Assembly: GCA_963849885.1 (NCBI GenBank)
Contig: CAWKIV010000021.1
Location: 17,064 to 81,063, forward strand
Length of the DNA stretch: 64,000 nucleotides
Source of the DNA: an uncultured Actinomycetota bacterium
Lineage (GTDB): Bacteria > Actinomycetota > Actinomycetes > Mycobacteriales > CADCTP01
Direction of reading: 5' to 3'
Every line of letters starts with the position of its first letter. Position 1 is the stretch's first letter. Both the position numbers and the translations under genes were made by a program. This document shows, piece after piece, positions 21,472 through 33,835 of this stretch. The notes below the pieces were generated by a model, which worked only from the letters and a program-made list of their open reading frames with translations, was not told where the DNA came from and made no database searches.

Positions 21472-22398
21472 TCAGCTCACCCCGAACGTCGCCAGCCACG
21501 CGAGGTCATCCGGCTGGTCCAGCCGGTAGCCGCCGGTGCTGCCGGTGCAGGTCGAGCTGATCCCGAACGAGGTGACGGCGACGATCGTCGTCGTCCCTTG
21601 CAGGAAGATCGGCCCGCCGGAGTCACCGAAGCAGGTCCCGCCGGTGTTGTTGCTGCCGAGGTTGGCGGAGAACTTCGCCGCCACGCCCTTGCCCGAGCCG
21701 AAGACGCCGTTGAGGTTGACCAGCTTGGTGGTCGCCCGCCGCCGGGTGTCCCCGCCCAGCGCGGTCTTCGGGCCGGACTCCTCCAGCCCGTAGCCGACCG
21801 GGGTGTAGCGCAGCGTCTGGTCCTGCACCAGCGTGTCGAGCAGGCCCAGCTCCGGCAGCTCGCCGTACGTCGGGCTGGTCCGGGGGGCGTCGAGCACCAG
21901 CACGCCGAGGTCGTGCTGGAAGAACTGGGCGTCGTCGTACTCCGGGTGGGAGTAGGCGGTGGCCTCCAGCCACTGCGGCGACGCGTCCAGCGCGGCCGAC
22001 CAGGTCTCGTACCGGCCGGCGTTGTCGTCCGGGGCGAAGGTGGAGCTCGCCGGCAGGATGCTGTAGTCCGGCGCCTCGCTGAAGTTGATCCAGACGTCGG
22101 TGCCGCCGTTGCCGTCGCCGCCGCCCGCGGTGGTCGACTCGCCCTCCAGGCCGACCGCGTACGTGCAGTGGCCGGCGGTCACCACGATGGTCGAGGACAC
22201 CAGCGTGCCGGTGCAGTTGAACCAGGCGCCCGGGTCGTCGAAGCGGGGGTCCACCGCGTCCGGGACGTAGAACAGCAGCTGCCCGACGTACGGGTGCTGT
22301 CCGTTGTCGGGGACGCCGTTGGTGATCGCCCAGGCCGGCGGGCTGACCGCCAGCAGGGCGAGCACCGACGCCAGGATGAAGAGAAGTCGGGTGCGCAT
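21472..22398 (-). CDS. secreted trypsin-like (S1 family) serine protease
   Basis: Signal peptide MRTRLLFILASVLALLAVSPPAWA. Catalytic His TAGHC and Ser GDSGGP. Confidence 0.9.
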   Translation of the reverse strand: MRTRLLFILASVLALLAVSPPAWAITNGVPDNGQHPYVGQLLFYVPDAVDPRFDDPGAWFNCTGTLVSSTIVVTAGHCTYAVGLEGESTTAGGGDGNGGTDVWINFSEAPDYSILPASSTFAPDDNAGRYETWSAALDASPQWLEATAYSHPEYDDAQFFQHDLGVLVLDAPRTSPTYGELPELGLLDTLVQDQTLRYTPVGYGLEESGPKTALGGDTRRRATTKLVNLNGVFGSGKGVAAKFSANLGSNNTGGTCFGDSGGPIFLQGTTTIVAVTSFGISSTCTGSTGGYRLDQPDDLAWLATFGVS

Positions 22399-22785
22399 GG
22401 GACTCCCGTCGTCGCGCGGCTGGACGGGGTGGCCCGGGGGTCGGGCCCCGGACCACCCCCCTTGGGGAGAGTCACCGGGGGCCGGACGGTGACGCGGCCC
22501 GGTCTGATCCTTTCCGGCCGGTCAGCCGGTCCAGCGGATGCCGTCGGCGATCCGGCAGAGGTCGGCCAGCGAGACGTCGGGCGCTTGCTGGTGAGCTGGA
22601 TCGACACGCCGGGGCGGATCTCGTCGATCCGAGCGTCGGCCCGCCGGTGGACACGACCAGGGTCGGCCGGCCCTGCACCGGCCGGCTGCCCGGCAGCTCG
22701 CGGCGGGCGAAGTCGGTGAAGTCCGCGGAGCCCACACCTCCCAGACGCCGGCCGGCCGCCGATCCGCTGTGCGCCCGACCGGGGA

Positions 22786-23376
22786 TCAGCGGACCTGGAG
22801 GCCGAGGGTGCGGACCAGCTGGACCGCCTGCTCGGCGTGCACCACGGCGCCGGTCAGGTCGACCGTGCGCGGGTCCAGCCCGGCCAGGTTGCTGCCCCGC
22901 AGGTCGGCCCGGGCCAGCACCGCCTTGTCCAGGGTCGCGGCGGTGAGGTCCACCCCGGCCAGGGTGGCCCCGGTGCAGTCCGCCTCGGTCAGGTCGGCCT
23001 CCCGCATCCGGGTCCCGGTCACCGAGATCCCGCGCAGGTCGGCGAAGCGCAGCGCGACGAAGGACAGGTCGCCGCCGCGGACGGTCAGCGGCCGCAGGTC
23101 GCAGTCGGTGAACGCGCTGCCGGTCAGCTTGCAGTCGTCCAGCTCGGCGTCGAAGAGGCTGCACCGCTCGAAGACGCACTGCAGGAACGCGGTGTCCTGG
23201 TGCCGGGACGCGTTCAACCGGCAGTTGCCGAACCGGCACTCCTCGAACCGGGCCCCGGCGCTGGTCGACTCCACCAGGTCGACGTCGGAGAAGGTGCAGC
23301 CCCGGAAGACGTCCCCGGCCAGCTCCCGGCCGTACCAGTCCTCCCCGGCGAACACCTCATCGGTCCATTCGGCCAT
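22786..23376 (-). CDS. pentapeptide repeat protein (MfpA/Qnr-like fold)
   Basis: Continuous A(D/N)LxG-type pentapeptide periodicity (ADLTEADCTGATLAGVDLTAATLDKAVLARADLRGSNLAGLD). ATG at 23376. Confidence 0.88.
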   Translation of the reverse strand: MAEWTDEVFAGEDWYGRELAGDVFRGCTFSDVDLVESTSAGARFEECRFGNCRLNASRHQDTAFLQCVFERCSLFDAELDDCKLTGSAFTDCDLRPLTVRGGDLSFVALRFADLRGISVTGTRMREADLTEADCTGATLAGVDLTAATLDKAVLARADLRGSNLAGLDPRTVDLTGAVVHAEQAVQLVRTLGLQVR

Positions 23377-23452
23377 GTCCGTCCCCCTCCGCCGGGTCGG
23401 GGCCGATGCTACGAGCCGCCCGGGGCGACCGGGGTCGGTAGGCTGACCTTCC

Positions 23453-25528
<2,076 letters not shown>

Positions 25529-25559
25529 CCGGTCGAGTGATTTCCCGGGCTGTACGCGA

Positions 25560-26149
25560 TCTGTACCTTTGTGGCCTCACGACGTCTGGAGAGGTCGCGG
25601 TCATGGTGCTCGGTCATGCGCCGGCTCCGGCACCACCGCCGGTGCGTGGCCGGCGTCGGCTGGGTGACGGCGAACAGCCCCGGCCCGTCCGTGGCCAACA
25701 TGAGCCTCGGCGGCGGCGCGCAGCCGGCGCTGGACGCCGCGGTGGCCGGCTCCATCGCCTCGGGAGTGCCGTACGCGGTGGCCGCCGGCAACTCCAACTC
25801 CGACGCCTGCAACTTCTCCCCGGCCCGGGTGGGCACCGCACTGACCGTCGGGTCCGTCGACCGCACCGACACCCGGTCCAGCTCCTCCAACTACGGGACC
25901 TGCCTCGACCTCTTCGCCCCCGGGGTCGGCATCACCAGCGCCTGGAACACCAGCGACACCGCGACCGCGGTCCTCACCGGCACGTCGATGGCGTCGCCGC
26001 ACGTGGCCGGCGTCGCCGCGCTGAAGCTGGCGGTCGACCCGACGCTGACCTCGGCCCAGGTCCACGCCGCGATCATCGCGGCGGCGACCCCCGGCGTCGT
26101 GATCAACCCCGGCCCCGGCAGCCCCAACCGGCTGCTCTTCTCCCGCTGA
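25560..26149 (+). pseudogene. S8 (subtilisin/proteinase-K-like) peptidase, 5'-truncated and frame-disrupted
   Basis: VANMSLGGG...AAGNSNSDACNFSPARV...GTSMASPHVAGVAAL keeps the Asn and Ser regions. The Asp and His regions, the propeptide and the signal are absent. A GSGTTAG segment lies in a different frame just upstream of VAGVGWVTAN. Confidence 0.75.
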
Positions 26150-26174
26150 AGGCCGGCCCCGGCCGGGACGGCGG

Positions 26175-27053
26175 TCAGGCGACGCGGGTCACCGCGGCGC
26201 TGGCCGGCACCCGGCCGGGGTGCAGGACCGCGGCGATCGCCTCGACCCCGGCCACCAGCCGCGGCCCGGGCCGGACGACCAGGCCGTCGGCGTCGATCGC
26301 CCAGACCTCCGGTCCGGGCAGCGCGCCGGCCACCGCGCGCGCCTGCTCGGCCGCGCCGGCCAGGCCGAAGCCGCAGGGCGCGACGAGCACCACGTCCGGG
26401 TCGGCCGCGGCGAAGTCGGCCCAGGTCGTCGGCGCCGACCGGCCTCCGGGGCAGGCGGCGACCGGGATGCCGCCGGCCGCGGTGACCAGGTCCGGCACCC
26501 AGTGCCCGGCCGGGAAGGGCGGGTCGACCCACTCGACCACGGCGACCCGCGGCCGCGGCTGGCCGGCCACCGCGGCGGCCACCGCGGCCAGCCGGTCGCG
26601 CAGGCCGCCGACCAGGGCGGCCGCGGCCGCCTCGGCGCCGGTACGCCGGCCGACGGCGGAGATCGAGTCGAGCACCTCGGCCAGCGTGTGCGGGTCCAGC
26701 GGCAGCACCTCGGCCCGGCAGCCCAGGTGGTCGAGCGCGGCGGCCACGTCGCCGGCCGGCACCGCGCAGACCCGGCACAGGTCCTGGCTGAGGATGAGGT
26801 CCGGGCGCAGGTCGCGCAGCGCGCCCGCGTGCAGGGTGTAGAGGTCCTCGCCGGCGGCCGCCCGGGCCCGGACGTAGTCGTCGATCTCGCGCGGGGTCAG
26901 GCCGCGGGTGTCCCGGCCGCCGACCACCACGACCTTGTCGGTCCGGGCGGCCGGCGGCTCGTCGCACTCGAAGGTGACGCCGACCAGCTGCTCGCCCAGC
27001 CCCAGCGCGTACACGATCTCGGTGGCGGCGGGGAGCAGGGAGACCACGCGCAC
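26175..27053 (-). CDS. cobalamin/siderophore-binding-protein-like (BtuF-type periplasmic-binding fold) protein without a signal peptide
   Basis: VRVVSLLPAATEIVYALGLGEQLVGVTFECDEP...RPDLILSQDLCRVC...VVEWVDPPFPAGHWVPDLV. GTG start at 27053. Confidence 0.75.
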   Translation of the reverse strand: MRVVSLLPAATEIVYALGLGEQLVGVTFECDEPPAARTDKVVVVGGRDTRGLTPREIDDYVRARAAAGEDLYTLHAGALRDLRPDLILSQDLCRVCAVPAGDVAAALDHLGCRAEVLPLDPHTLAEVLDSISAVGRRTGAEAAAAALVGGLRDRLAAVAAAVAGQPRPRVAVVEWVDPPFPAGHWVPDLVTAAGGIPVAACPGGRSAPTTWADFAAADPDVVLVAPCGFGLAGAAEQARAVAGALPGPEVWAIDADGLVVRPGPRLVAGVEAIAAVLHPGRVPASAAVTRVA

Positions 27054-27099
27054 GGCCCGAGCGTAGGCCGCCGCGCCCCGCCGGGTCCCGGAGCTCGGC

Positions 27100-27936
27100 T
27101 CAGCCGAGCACCTTGGCCAGCTGGACCGCGCGGGCGACGAACCGCCCGCCCGCGTCCCAGACATCGCAGGTCTGGTCCACCCACTGCGGGTCGATCAACC
27201 GGGCCCGGCTCAGCACCCGCACCCGGCCGGGCTCCGGCACCGCCCGCACGTACGCGGTCATCTCGGCCGTGGAGATCCAGGCCCCGGCGTCGGTGTCGAA
27301 CAGGGCCGGCGGGAACGCGTCGACCGCGTACAGCAGCGAGGCGGGGTCGAAGCCGTCGTCGCCGAGCAGCTCGATCCAGCCCCGCAGCTCGCCCCGGCCG
27401 GTCGGCCGGCCGCTGATCATCCCGCTCGACGAGGGCTCCAGGCGCAGGTCGACGTTGTCGAGCATCGGGACCCGGGTCCCGTCCGGCGCGAGCGGCTCCA
27501 GCCGGACGCAGTCCTCGAACGGCACCTGCGGCGCTGCCGGCAGGCCGGCGTCCCAGCGCGGCGTCGCGGCCGGGTCGAGCTGGCCGACGGTCAGCAGCGC
27601 CTCGACCGCGGTCCGGTCGCCCTGGCTCAGCCGCGCGCGGACCTGGCTGAGCGAGCGGCCGCGGCGCAGCACCTCGCCCGCGATCTCGGCCGGCCCCGGA
27701 TCGGGCGAGCGCAGGTAGTGGGCGCTGGCGGCGACCACGTAGCCGGAGCCGACCAGCGCGGCCGCGGCCCGTCCCAGCATCGCCAGCAGGTAGCCGCCGT
27801 TGGGCCGGCCGCCGATCGTCCAGGTCCCGCTGACCTCGGCGTCGAAGACGCCCTCGCCGCGGTCCCGGACCGAGCTGGCCCGCGACAGCGGCTCGGCGGC
27901 CGGGACGGCCGCGGCATCGGCCACCGGCTCGGTCAT
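27100..27936 (-). CDS. acyl-CoA thioesterase (TesB-like double hot-dog) family protein
   Basis: GGRPNGGYLLAMLGRAA...AHYLRSPDPGPAEIAGEVLRRGRSLSQVRARL...WISTAEMTAYVR. Confidence 0.7.
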   Translation of the reverse strand: MTEPVADAAAVPAAEPLSRASSVRDRGEGVFDAEVSGTWTIGGRPNGGYLLAMLGRAAAALVGSGYVVAASAHYLRSPDPGPAEIAGEVLRRGRSLSQVRARLSQGDRTAVEALLTVGQLDPAATPRWDAGLPAAPQVPFEDCVRLEPLAPDGTRVPMLDNVDLRLEPSSSGMISGRPTGRGELRGWIELLGDDGFDPASLLYAVDAFPPALFDTDAGAWISTAEMTAYVRAVPEPGRVRVLSRARLIDPQWVDQTCDVWDAGGRFVARAVQLAKVLG

Positions 27937-28479
27937 GACCGGACCGTGACCCCGCGTAGCCCCCTCGTGTCCACGGCGTGAAGCTAGTTCAGCCCGACAC
28001 GCCCCGGCAACTGGGCGACCGACCGGATGGTGTCCAACTGATCAACGATTACACCCATTGGGCCATCTGGGGGATGCCGGTGGTGTTCGCCACATCCTCA
28101 CCGCTTCTCATACCACTTGCACGAAGTGTGGTGTTGAGTCCTGCTCCTGCGAGGCGATCGGCGGCCGGAACGAATCCACTACCTCGGGCCTCATTTGGGC
28201 TGGTCGAGATGGCTGTCATGATGCGTCGAGGTCCTGGCCCGGGGAGCACGATCATCGATCACAGCAGCAAGCCATGCCTGGAGCCCGAGCGCCGGCGCAG
28301 CCGTGAGCGATCGACCGGCGGTGCGGCCAGGGATGCGCGTGACCGCGGCGCGACCGCCGGCCGGAGCCGAGCCATGGCCGGCAGCTGACGCCTGCCGCGG
28401 CCTCCGGAGCGTGGACGAGGCCGGCCTCCGCGGCGGACGGCGTGGAGGGCCGGCCTCCACGCTCCGCCCCTGCCTACCG

Positions 28480-29056
28480 GGGCGTGCTCCGCGCTGTCCC
28501 GCCAGGACCGCTCGATCCGCCGCAGCATCGCCGGGTAGACGATCAGGTGCCGGATCGGCTTGATCGCGGCCAGGTAGCACCGCCCCGAGCAGCCCGTTCC
28601 GTTTGACCAGGACGGCCATCTGACCACGGTGGCCGCCGGTCCCGTCCGGCACCCAGCCGAGGTGCACGACGCCGTGCATCGTCCGGTTGGCGATCTCCGC
28701 CGCGGCTTCGTCGTCGAGCCGGTAGACGGGCTTGAACGGCTGCGCGTCCGGGACCGGGACCTCGCGCAGGTCCGGCGGCAACCGGTCCGGAGCGACGGCA
28801 CCCTCGTGCCGAGGCCGGTGTCCGCGTCGTCCCACCCGAGCAGCCGGCCGAGCCGCAGCCGGACCGCCATCAGCAGGCCGGTGATCCCGGTGGAGTCCCG
28901 CTCCGGATCCCGCGCGGCCAGCAGCGCCACCAGCCGGGGAAAGTCGTCCGGACCACCCGGCGTGGGCAGCGCCCACACGTCCTCGAGCTGGAAGTCCGGG
29001 GTCAGCTCATGGATCCGCCACGGCCGCGAGTAGTGCGCCGAGCTCGGGAGCCGCAT
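28480..29056 (-). pseudogene. DUF2867 domain protein with two frame changes
   Basis: Frame A: MRLPSSAHYSRPWRIHELTPDFQLEDVWALP. Frame B: PDRLPPDLREVPVPDAQPFKPVYRLDDEAAAEIANRTMHGVVHLGWVPDG...MAVLVKRNGLLG. Back to frame A: YLAAIKPIRHLIVYPAMLRRIERSW. Confidence 0.7.
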
Positions 29057-29268
29057 CCGGAAATTCTCGCAGTCCAGAGCGGGTGTCCCCAGTCCGCCTG
29101 GGGTCCACAACGGCCTTCTGCGGTCCCCGTGACCGACGTCTCGACGAGGTCCGTGGAACCCCGACCCGGTCACTGAGTGGGCCTCCGCCGAGCAGCCCGA
29201 CGGCCGTACTGCCTCTCACCGCAAGCGCGCACCGGTGTGAGGCTGGCGCGCCAGGCGAAGCGGCCAGG

Positions 29269-30432
29269 TCACTCGAGGATGCGTTGCACGGCCGGCTCGG
29301 CACGGTCGGCGACCTGTTCGATGAGGCCTCTCGATCGGAGGCGGGTGATGGCGTTGGTGGCGATCACGGTGGCGGGGACGGCGAGGATGAGGCCGACGAT
29401 GCCGCCGATGAGGCCGCCGAGGGCGGTGACGACCAGTACGACCAGCGGGTGGATGTCGAGGGTGCGGCCCATGACTTTGGGTTCGACGAAGTTCTCCAGC
29501 GCCAGGTTGGCGGCGAGGACCACCACGAGCATGATGGCGGCCTGGCTGAGTCCGCCGTCGCCGAGGGCGATGATGACGGCCAGTCCGCCGCCGAGGAAGG
29601 CGCCGATGTAGGGGATGTAGCCGCCGATGAAGTTGACCACCACGATGGTGAACACCAGTGGTAGCCCGAGCAGCAGGCTGGCGATGCCGATGACGACCGA
29701 CACGATGGCGGACATGACGGTGCGGCCCCGCCCGTAGTCGCGCAGGATCCGGATCGAGTCGCCGAAGAAGCCGTCGATGTCGTCCCGGAGCCTGGGGTCG
29801 GCCTGGGCGAGGAGGGAACGCCGCAGCCGGGTGCCGTCTTTGAGCAGGTAGAACATGATCAGGGCGCCCAGGATCAGGCCGCTGGCGAAGCCGACCAGGG
29901 TGCTGACGCCGGAGACCAGGTGGGTGAGGACGCCGTCGGAGATCGCGGGGGCTGCCTCCTCGGTGGCGGCCCGGGCCGAGTCCAGGGCGGCCTGATCGAC
30001 GCCGAGCTGGTCGGCTGCGGTGCCCAGGGCCGCGTCGACCGAGGCACCGATCTCGTCCCGCTGGTCGGCCACGCCCCGGACGGTGGCGACCACGACGCCG
30101 GTCATCAGGGCGAGCAGACCGAGCACGATCAGGCTGGCGGCGAGGGTGGGCTTGACCCGGTGGCGTTCGAGGGCTCCGACGGCGGGTTTGAAGATCACGG
30201 CCAGCACGGCCGCGAACACCAGCGGGAGCACGATCTCGTTGACCGCGGCCAACGCGGCCACCACGATGATCGTCGCCGCCACGAACCCGACGAAGCTCCA
30301 CGCCCAGACGCCGAGTCTGGGAACCCAGCTCAGCGGCGCCGGACCCCCATTCAGCTCCGCGTCGCGCCCGGTTGGCCGATCGCCGTCAGCAGCTCGGTCG
30401 GACGTGTCAGCCTCGATCGGCGGTCCAGACAC
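29269..30432 (-). CDS. AI-2E family (PerM-like) transporter
   Basis: Multi-TM protein with VNFIGGYIPYIGAFLGGGLAVIIAL and ENFVEPKVMGRTLDIHPLVVLV. The start is uncertain (GTG at 30432 chosen). Confidence 0.82.
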   Translation of the reverse strand: MSGPPIEADTSDRAADGDRPTGRDAELNGGPAPLSWVPRLGVWAWSFVGFVAATIIVVAALAAVNEIVLPLVFAAVLAVIFKPAVGALERHRVKPTLAASLIVLGLLALMTGVVVATVRGVADQRDEIGASVDAALGTAADQLGVDQAALDSARAATEEAAPAISDGVLTHLVSGVSTLVGFASGLILGALIMFYLLKDGTRLRRSLLAQADPRLRDDIDGFFGDSIRILRDYGRGRTVMSAIVSVVIGIASLLLGLPLVFTIVVVNFIGGYIPYIGAFLGGGLAVIIALGDGGLSQAAIMLVVVLAANLALENFVEPKVMGRTLDIHPLVVLVVTALGGLIGGIVGLILAVPATVIATNAITRLRSRGLIEQVADRAEPAVQRILE

Positions 30433-30508
30433 ACGAATCGGCCTCCCTGGTCGGTCCCCAGGTGGTCCAGCTGGCCTCCCGACGAGGACCGGCTGCCGCC
30501 CGGGGCGG

Positions 30509-30838
30509 CTACTGCTCGCTCTCCTCCTCGAGATCCGCGATCTCGATCGCGACGTCGAGCGCGTCGACGATCTTGCCGGTGGCGGACGCGACCCGCGCCG
30601 TGCCGACGATCGGTGCGATCGCGGTGAGCACCCCGCGAACCCGCTCGGCGTCGACACCGACCTCGCTCGCCACTTCCAGGTTCAGCAGATACGAGACCGA
30701 CGGGGCATCGACCGCGACGAGCGCGGCGATGCGAACAAGCATGAGTGTTTCCGGATCGAGACTCGACGCGGCGACCGAGTCCGCGGTCATGCCGGCGAGC
30801 AGGTCCAGGACCGGGGTCTCACTTGTCGACTCAGTCAT
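30509..30838 (-). CDS. carboxymuconolactone decarboxylase (AhpD-like) family protein
   Basis: LDPETLMLVRIAALVAVDAPSVSYLLNLEVASEVGVDAERVRGVLTAIAPIVG. Confidence 0.7.
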   Translation of the reverse strand: MTESTSETPVLDLLAGMTADSVAASSLDPETLMLVRIAALVAVDAPSVSYLLNLEVASEVGVDAERVRGVLTAIAPIVGTARVASATGKIVDALDVAIEIADLEEESEQ

Positions 30839-30910
30839 CGTGTTCAGCCCTCTCGTTCCAGGTTCGCTTCTCAGGACGGTCGTGCGCTCACACACCGCAG
30901 ATCGTTCGGG

Positions 30911-31420
30911 TCAGCCGAGTTGCTTGGCGGTGTCCACCACAGCCGCGTCGATGTCCTTGCTGCTGGCGTCGACCTGCTTCTCCACGTGGTTGTCGGGCTT
31001 GAGCCCCGCCTTCTCCAGCGCCGACTGGATCGTGCTCTCGCCGATGACGAGCAGGCACGCCTGACCGGCGTCGATCAGCTCCCCGAACTCCTTGACGTCG
31101 GCGCGGGACATGCCCTTCCACAGGTGGCCGCCGACGCCGCCGAGGGCACCACCGACGGCGGCGGACGCGATGATCGCGGGCGGGAAGAGCAGCCCGACGA
31201 ACGCGCCGGCCGCGATGCCGCCCCACGTCCCGTGCCGGGTGGCCGTCTCGTCCTTGTTGACGTGCACCTTGCCGTCGTCGTCCTTGGTGATCACCGCGGC
31301 GTCGTAGCTGCCGACCGCACCGACAGCATGCAGGTCCTTCACGACCGCGTAGTCACCTCGCGCGGCGACCTCGCTCGGGTACGTCCCGATGTAGATGAAC
31401 ACACCGTCGGCCTTCGCCAT
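30911..31420 (-). CDS. DUF1269 domain-containing membrane protein
   Basis: MAKADGVFIYIGTYPSEVAARGDYAVVKDLHAVGAVGSYDAAVITKDDDGKVHV, followed by a Gly-zipper TM region GGIAAGAFVGLLFPPAIIASAAVGGALGG. Confidence 0.75.
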   Translation of the reverse strand: MAKADGVFIYIGTYPSEVAARGDYAVVKDLHAVGAVGSYDAAVITKDDDGKVHVNKDETATRHGTWGGIAAGAFVGLLFPPAIIASAAVGGALGGVGGHLWKGMSRADVKEFGELIDAGQACLLVIGESTIQSALEKAGLKPDNHVEKQVDASSKDIDAAVVDTAKQLG

Positions 31421-31689
31421 AGTTCCTCCGCATGTCGAATCCTGGGCATCCGAACGGCTCCTCCGCGAGCCGCTCGACCATTGAGCGCCAGACAGACGGC
31501 ACCGGCATCACTCGGATCGAGTGAATCGGCCCTCGCGACGGGTCGTCCTCGGTGGCGGTGGGCGGCGCGCCGGATCGTGGGGCGGCATGTCGTCAGGATC
31601 GTTGCCGGCCGAGCTGGACCGCGCTGGTGACGAGGCGTCGCCGGCGCTCCGCCCGGGACAGCGCTGGGACCGCTGTGGTGGTCACCTGG

Positions 31690-33025
31690 TCATCCGTCGG
31701 CTGCGGTGCGTGGTCGAGCGGCCGGATCGGTGGAGGGTGCCTGCTCGTGGTCGGGGTGACGACGCCCGGAAAGGTCGTGAAGCCGGATCGCAGGCTCACT
31801 CGCCTGCGCCTGCTCCGGAGTGTCGCCTGCATTGGCGCTCGACGCCCCGTACCGGGCCGCCAGCGGGGACGCCGAGATGCCGTGCAGCAGCACCGAGAGC
31901 AGGATGGTCCAGGTGGCGGTCTGCAGGAGCATCGCGCCGTCGCCGCTGTGTTCGATCTCTTCCAGGGCGAGCAACGTGAAGACGACCGAGGCGAGTCCGC
32001 GCGGGCCGAACCAGCCTATGAACGCCACGGCGGCCGGCCGCAGATGCGTTCCGGCCAGTGCGATCGCGACGGGCACCATCCTGATCACGGTCAGGCTCAG
32101 GACTGCGTAGAGGATCGGTCGAGCCGAGAAGTCCTCGCTGAGCAACTCCCCCACGAACAGCGCGCCGAAGATCGACCAGACCAGGAACGAGGCGGACAGG
32201 CCGAGCGTCTCGGTGAACTGGGCCGGTTCGGCCAGCCGGCCTCTGGTGGCGGCGCCGAACAAGAGGCCACCGACGAACGCGGCGATGAACCCGTTGCCGC
32301 CGATCGCCACGGATCCCCCGTACGCGAGCAGCGCGAAGGCGAGGATGGCGATCTGCTCGGACACCTCCGGCGGTCCAGCCTCGGTCGACGGCGACGGCCA
32401 GGAGCCTCCCGCCGAGGTACCCGACCACGACCGCGGCAACGATCGCCAACCCGATCTGCTTGAACGCCTCGAGCCCCCAGGCCGTGTCGCCGAGACCTTC
32501 CTCGGCCGCGACCACGGCGATGAAGAGGGTGACGAACGGCGTCACGATCCCGTCGTTGAGACCGCTCTCGACGTTCAGCGCTCGGCGGATCCGCACCGGC
32601 ACGGACCTGTTGGTGACGACCGCCAGGCCGAGCGCGGCGTCCGTGGGCGCCAGGATGGTGGCGACCAAGGCCGCCGCTCCCCACCCGACCGCAGGAAACG
32701 TGAGGTACGCCAGCACCGCGCCGGCAACGATCGTCAGCGGTAGTCCGACGAACAGCAGCCGGCTGGGCAGAGCCGCATCGCCCTCGACGTCCCGCAGCCG
32801 GACCGTCGACGCATCGGCGAACAGCAGCAGAGCCAGCGTCAGCTCGGTGATGGTGAGAACCGCCTCGTTGCCCAACGAGAACGGCAGCACACCCAACCCG
32901 CCCGGACCGAGGATCGCGCCGACGGCGACGAACACCATCGGACCGGTGATCCACCAGCGGTCCAGCTTCGACGCCACCAGGGTGTAGGCAACCACGACGA
33001 CCGCCAGAGCAGTCAGACCACCCAT
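31690..33025 (-). pseudogene. cation:proton antiporter (CPA1, Na+/H+ exchanger family) with one frame change near 32365-32385
   Basis: N-terminal frame: ...ILAPTDAALGLAVV...VESGLNDGIVTPF...AVAVDRGWTAGG. Second frame continues: EVSEQIAILAFALLAYG...IGWFGPRGLASVVF. The junction lies in ..GGCTGGACCGCCGGAGGTGTCC... Confidence 0.8.
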
Positions 33026-33835
33026 CAGATCCCCCTTGCTGGCTGTGCTGGCCCGGTTGTTCCGGTAGCCGTCTTAGTCGGGGCCGGGCGATCACATGGC
33101 GAAGAGACCCGAGCCATCGGCCACAGCTCACGCCCGAAGTCGTCGGGCGACGGCGTCGTAGCCGAAGTACCTGGTCCCTCGGCTGCGACTCTGCGCCGTC
33201 GAGCGGCGATGGGTCATCACGCGCAACGGATGAGGTCGCCGCATCCACACCCGGGCCGGGGCCAGCTGCCGGCGCACCACCTGACCACCTCGACTGGAAG
33301 CCCGGCGCCGGCCGAGACACCGCTCTCACACGTTCGGTCGAGTCGGCACGCTGATCCGCGGCGGCTGGCGATCAGCCGCCGCGCGACGCAGATCACCCGC
33401 CTAAGACCGAGATCACCGGCTGAAGAACCTGTGGTCGAGTCAACCAGCACGATCAACGAACTCACCGAGTTCCAGACCCAGGCCCTCGCGCGACTCGCCG
33501 CTCAACACGACGAGATCATCCGTCTGCGGGCCGCCGCCACCTCCGCCAGCCGAGTCAGCCGACTTCCGCAACGGGCAGCGACCATCGGCTCATGCAACTG
33601 ACCGAGCGACCAGGCCGACAGCGAAGCGGCGTCGGTGTTCGGACAGGGAGGGGGTCGGCCAAGATACGACGGAAACCGGCAACCAGTGATCTTGAGTTGA
33701 ACTTGCCGCAGGTGAGGTGCTGGGGCGGATCGGCGTCGGCTGCCCGACCAGGGACAGCGATGCGCAAACGCAGCCGGAGGCCCGATCTTGTGTCACCGTT
33801 CGCAGTGGACTTCTTCGCGTACCCGCTCAGATCGG

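Noticed and set aside
22400-22785. A possible decayed gene between the S1 protease and the pentapeptide-repeat gene. Minus-strand pieces GSADFTDFARRELPGSRPVQGRPTLVVSTGG, SIQLTSKRP and DVSLADLCRIADGIRWTG lie in three different frames.
   Set aside because: I could not assign a family, and three frame changes within 250 nt make any call speculative. It is recorded only as a possible pseudogene.
27978-28388. ORFs in the lower-GC stretch 27940-28400 (27978..28388 plus strand, 28049..28255 minus strand), and a tRNA-like GTGTTGAGTCCTGC segment.
   Set aside because: The translations are not protein-like. The T-loop-like string lacks complementary stems. I treat the region as non-coding DNA of unknown origin at a possible island border.
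33209-33601. A 130-aa plus-strand ORF ending ...INELTEFQTQALARLAAQHDEIIRLRAAATSASRVSRLP, in the lower-GC gap after the antiporter pseudogene.
   Set aside because: I recognise no family. The first two-thirds is Pro/Arg/His-rich and non-protein-like. It may be a fragment of a mobile-element gene, but I cannot support that.
33685-33725. GTGATCTTGAGTTGAACTTGCCGCAGG as a degenerate copy of the tRNA-Pro T-arm and acceptor, that is, a far attachment site of the island.
   Set aside because: Only about 14 of 24 aligned positions match the tRNA-Pro 3' end, and it cannot form a T-arm. That is not distinguishable from chance.
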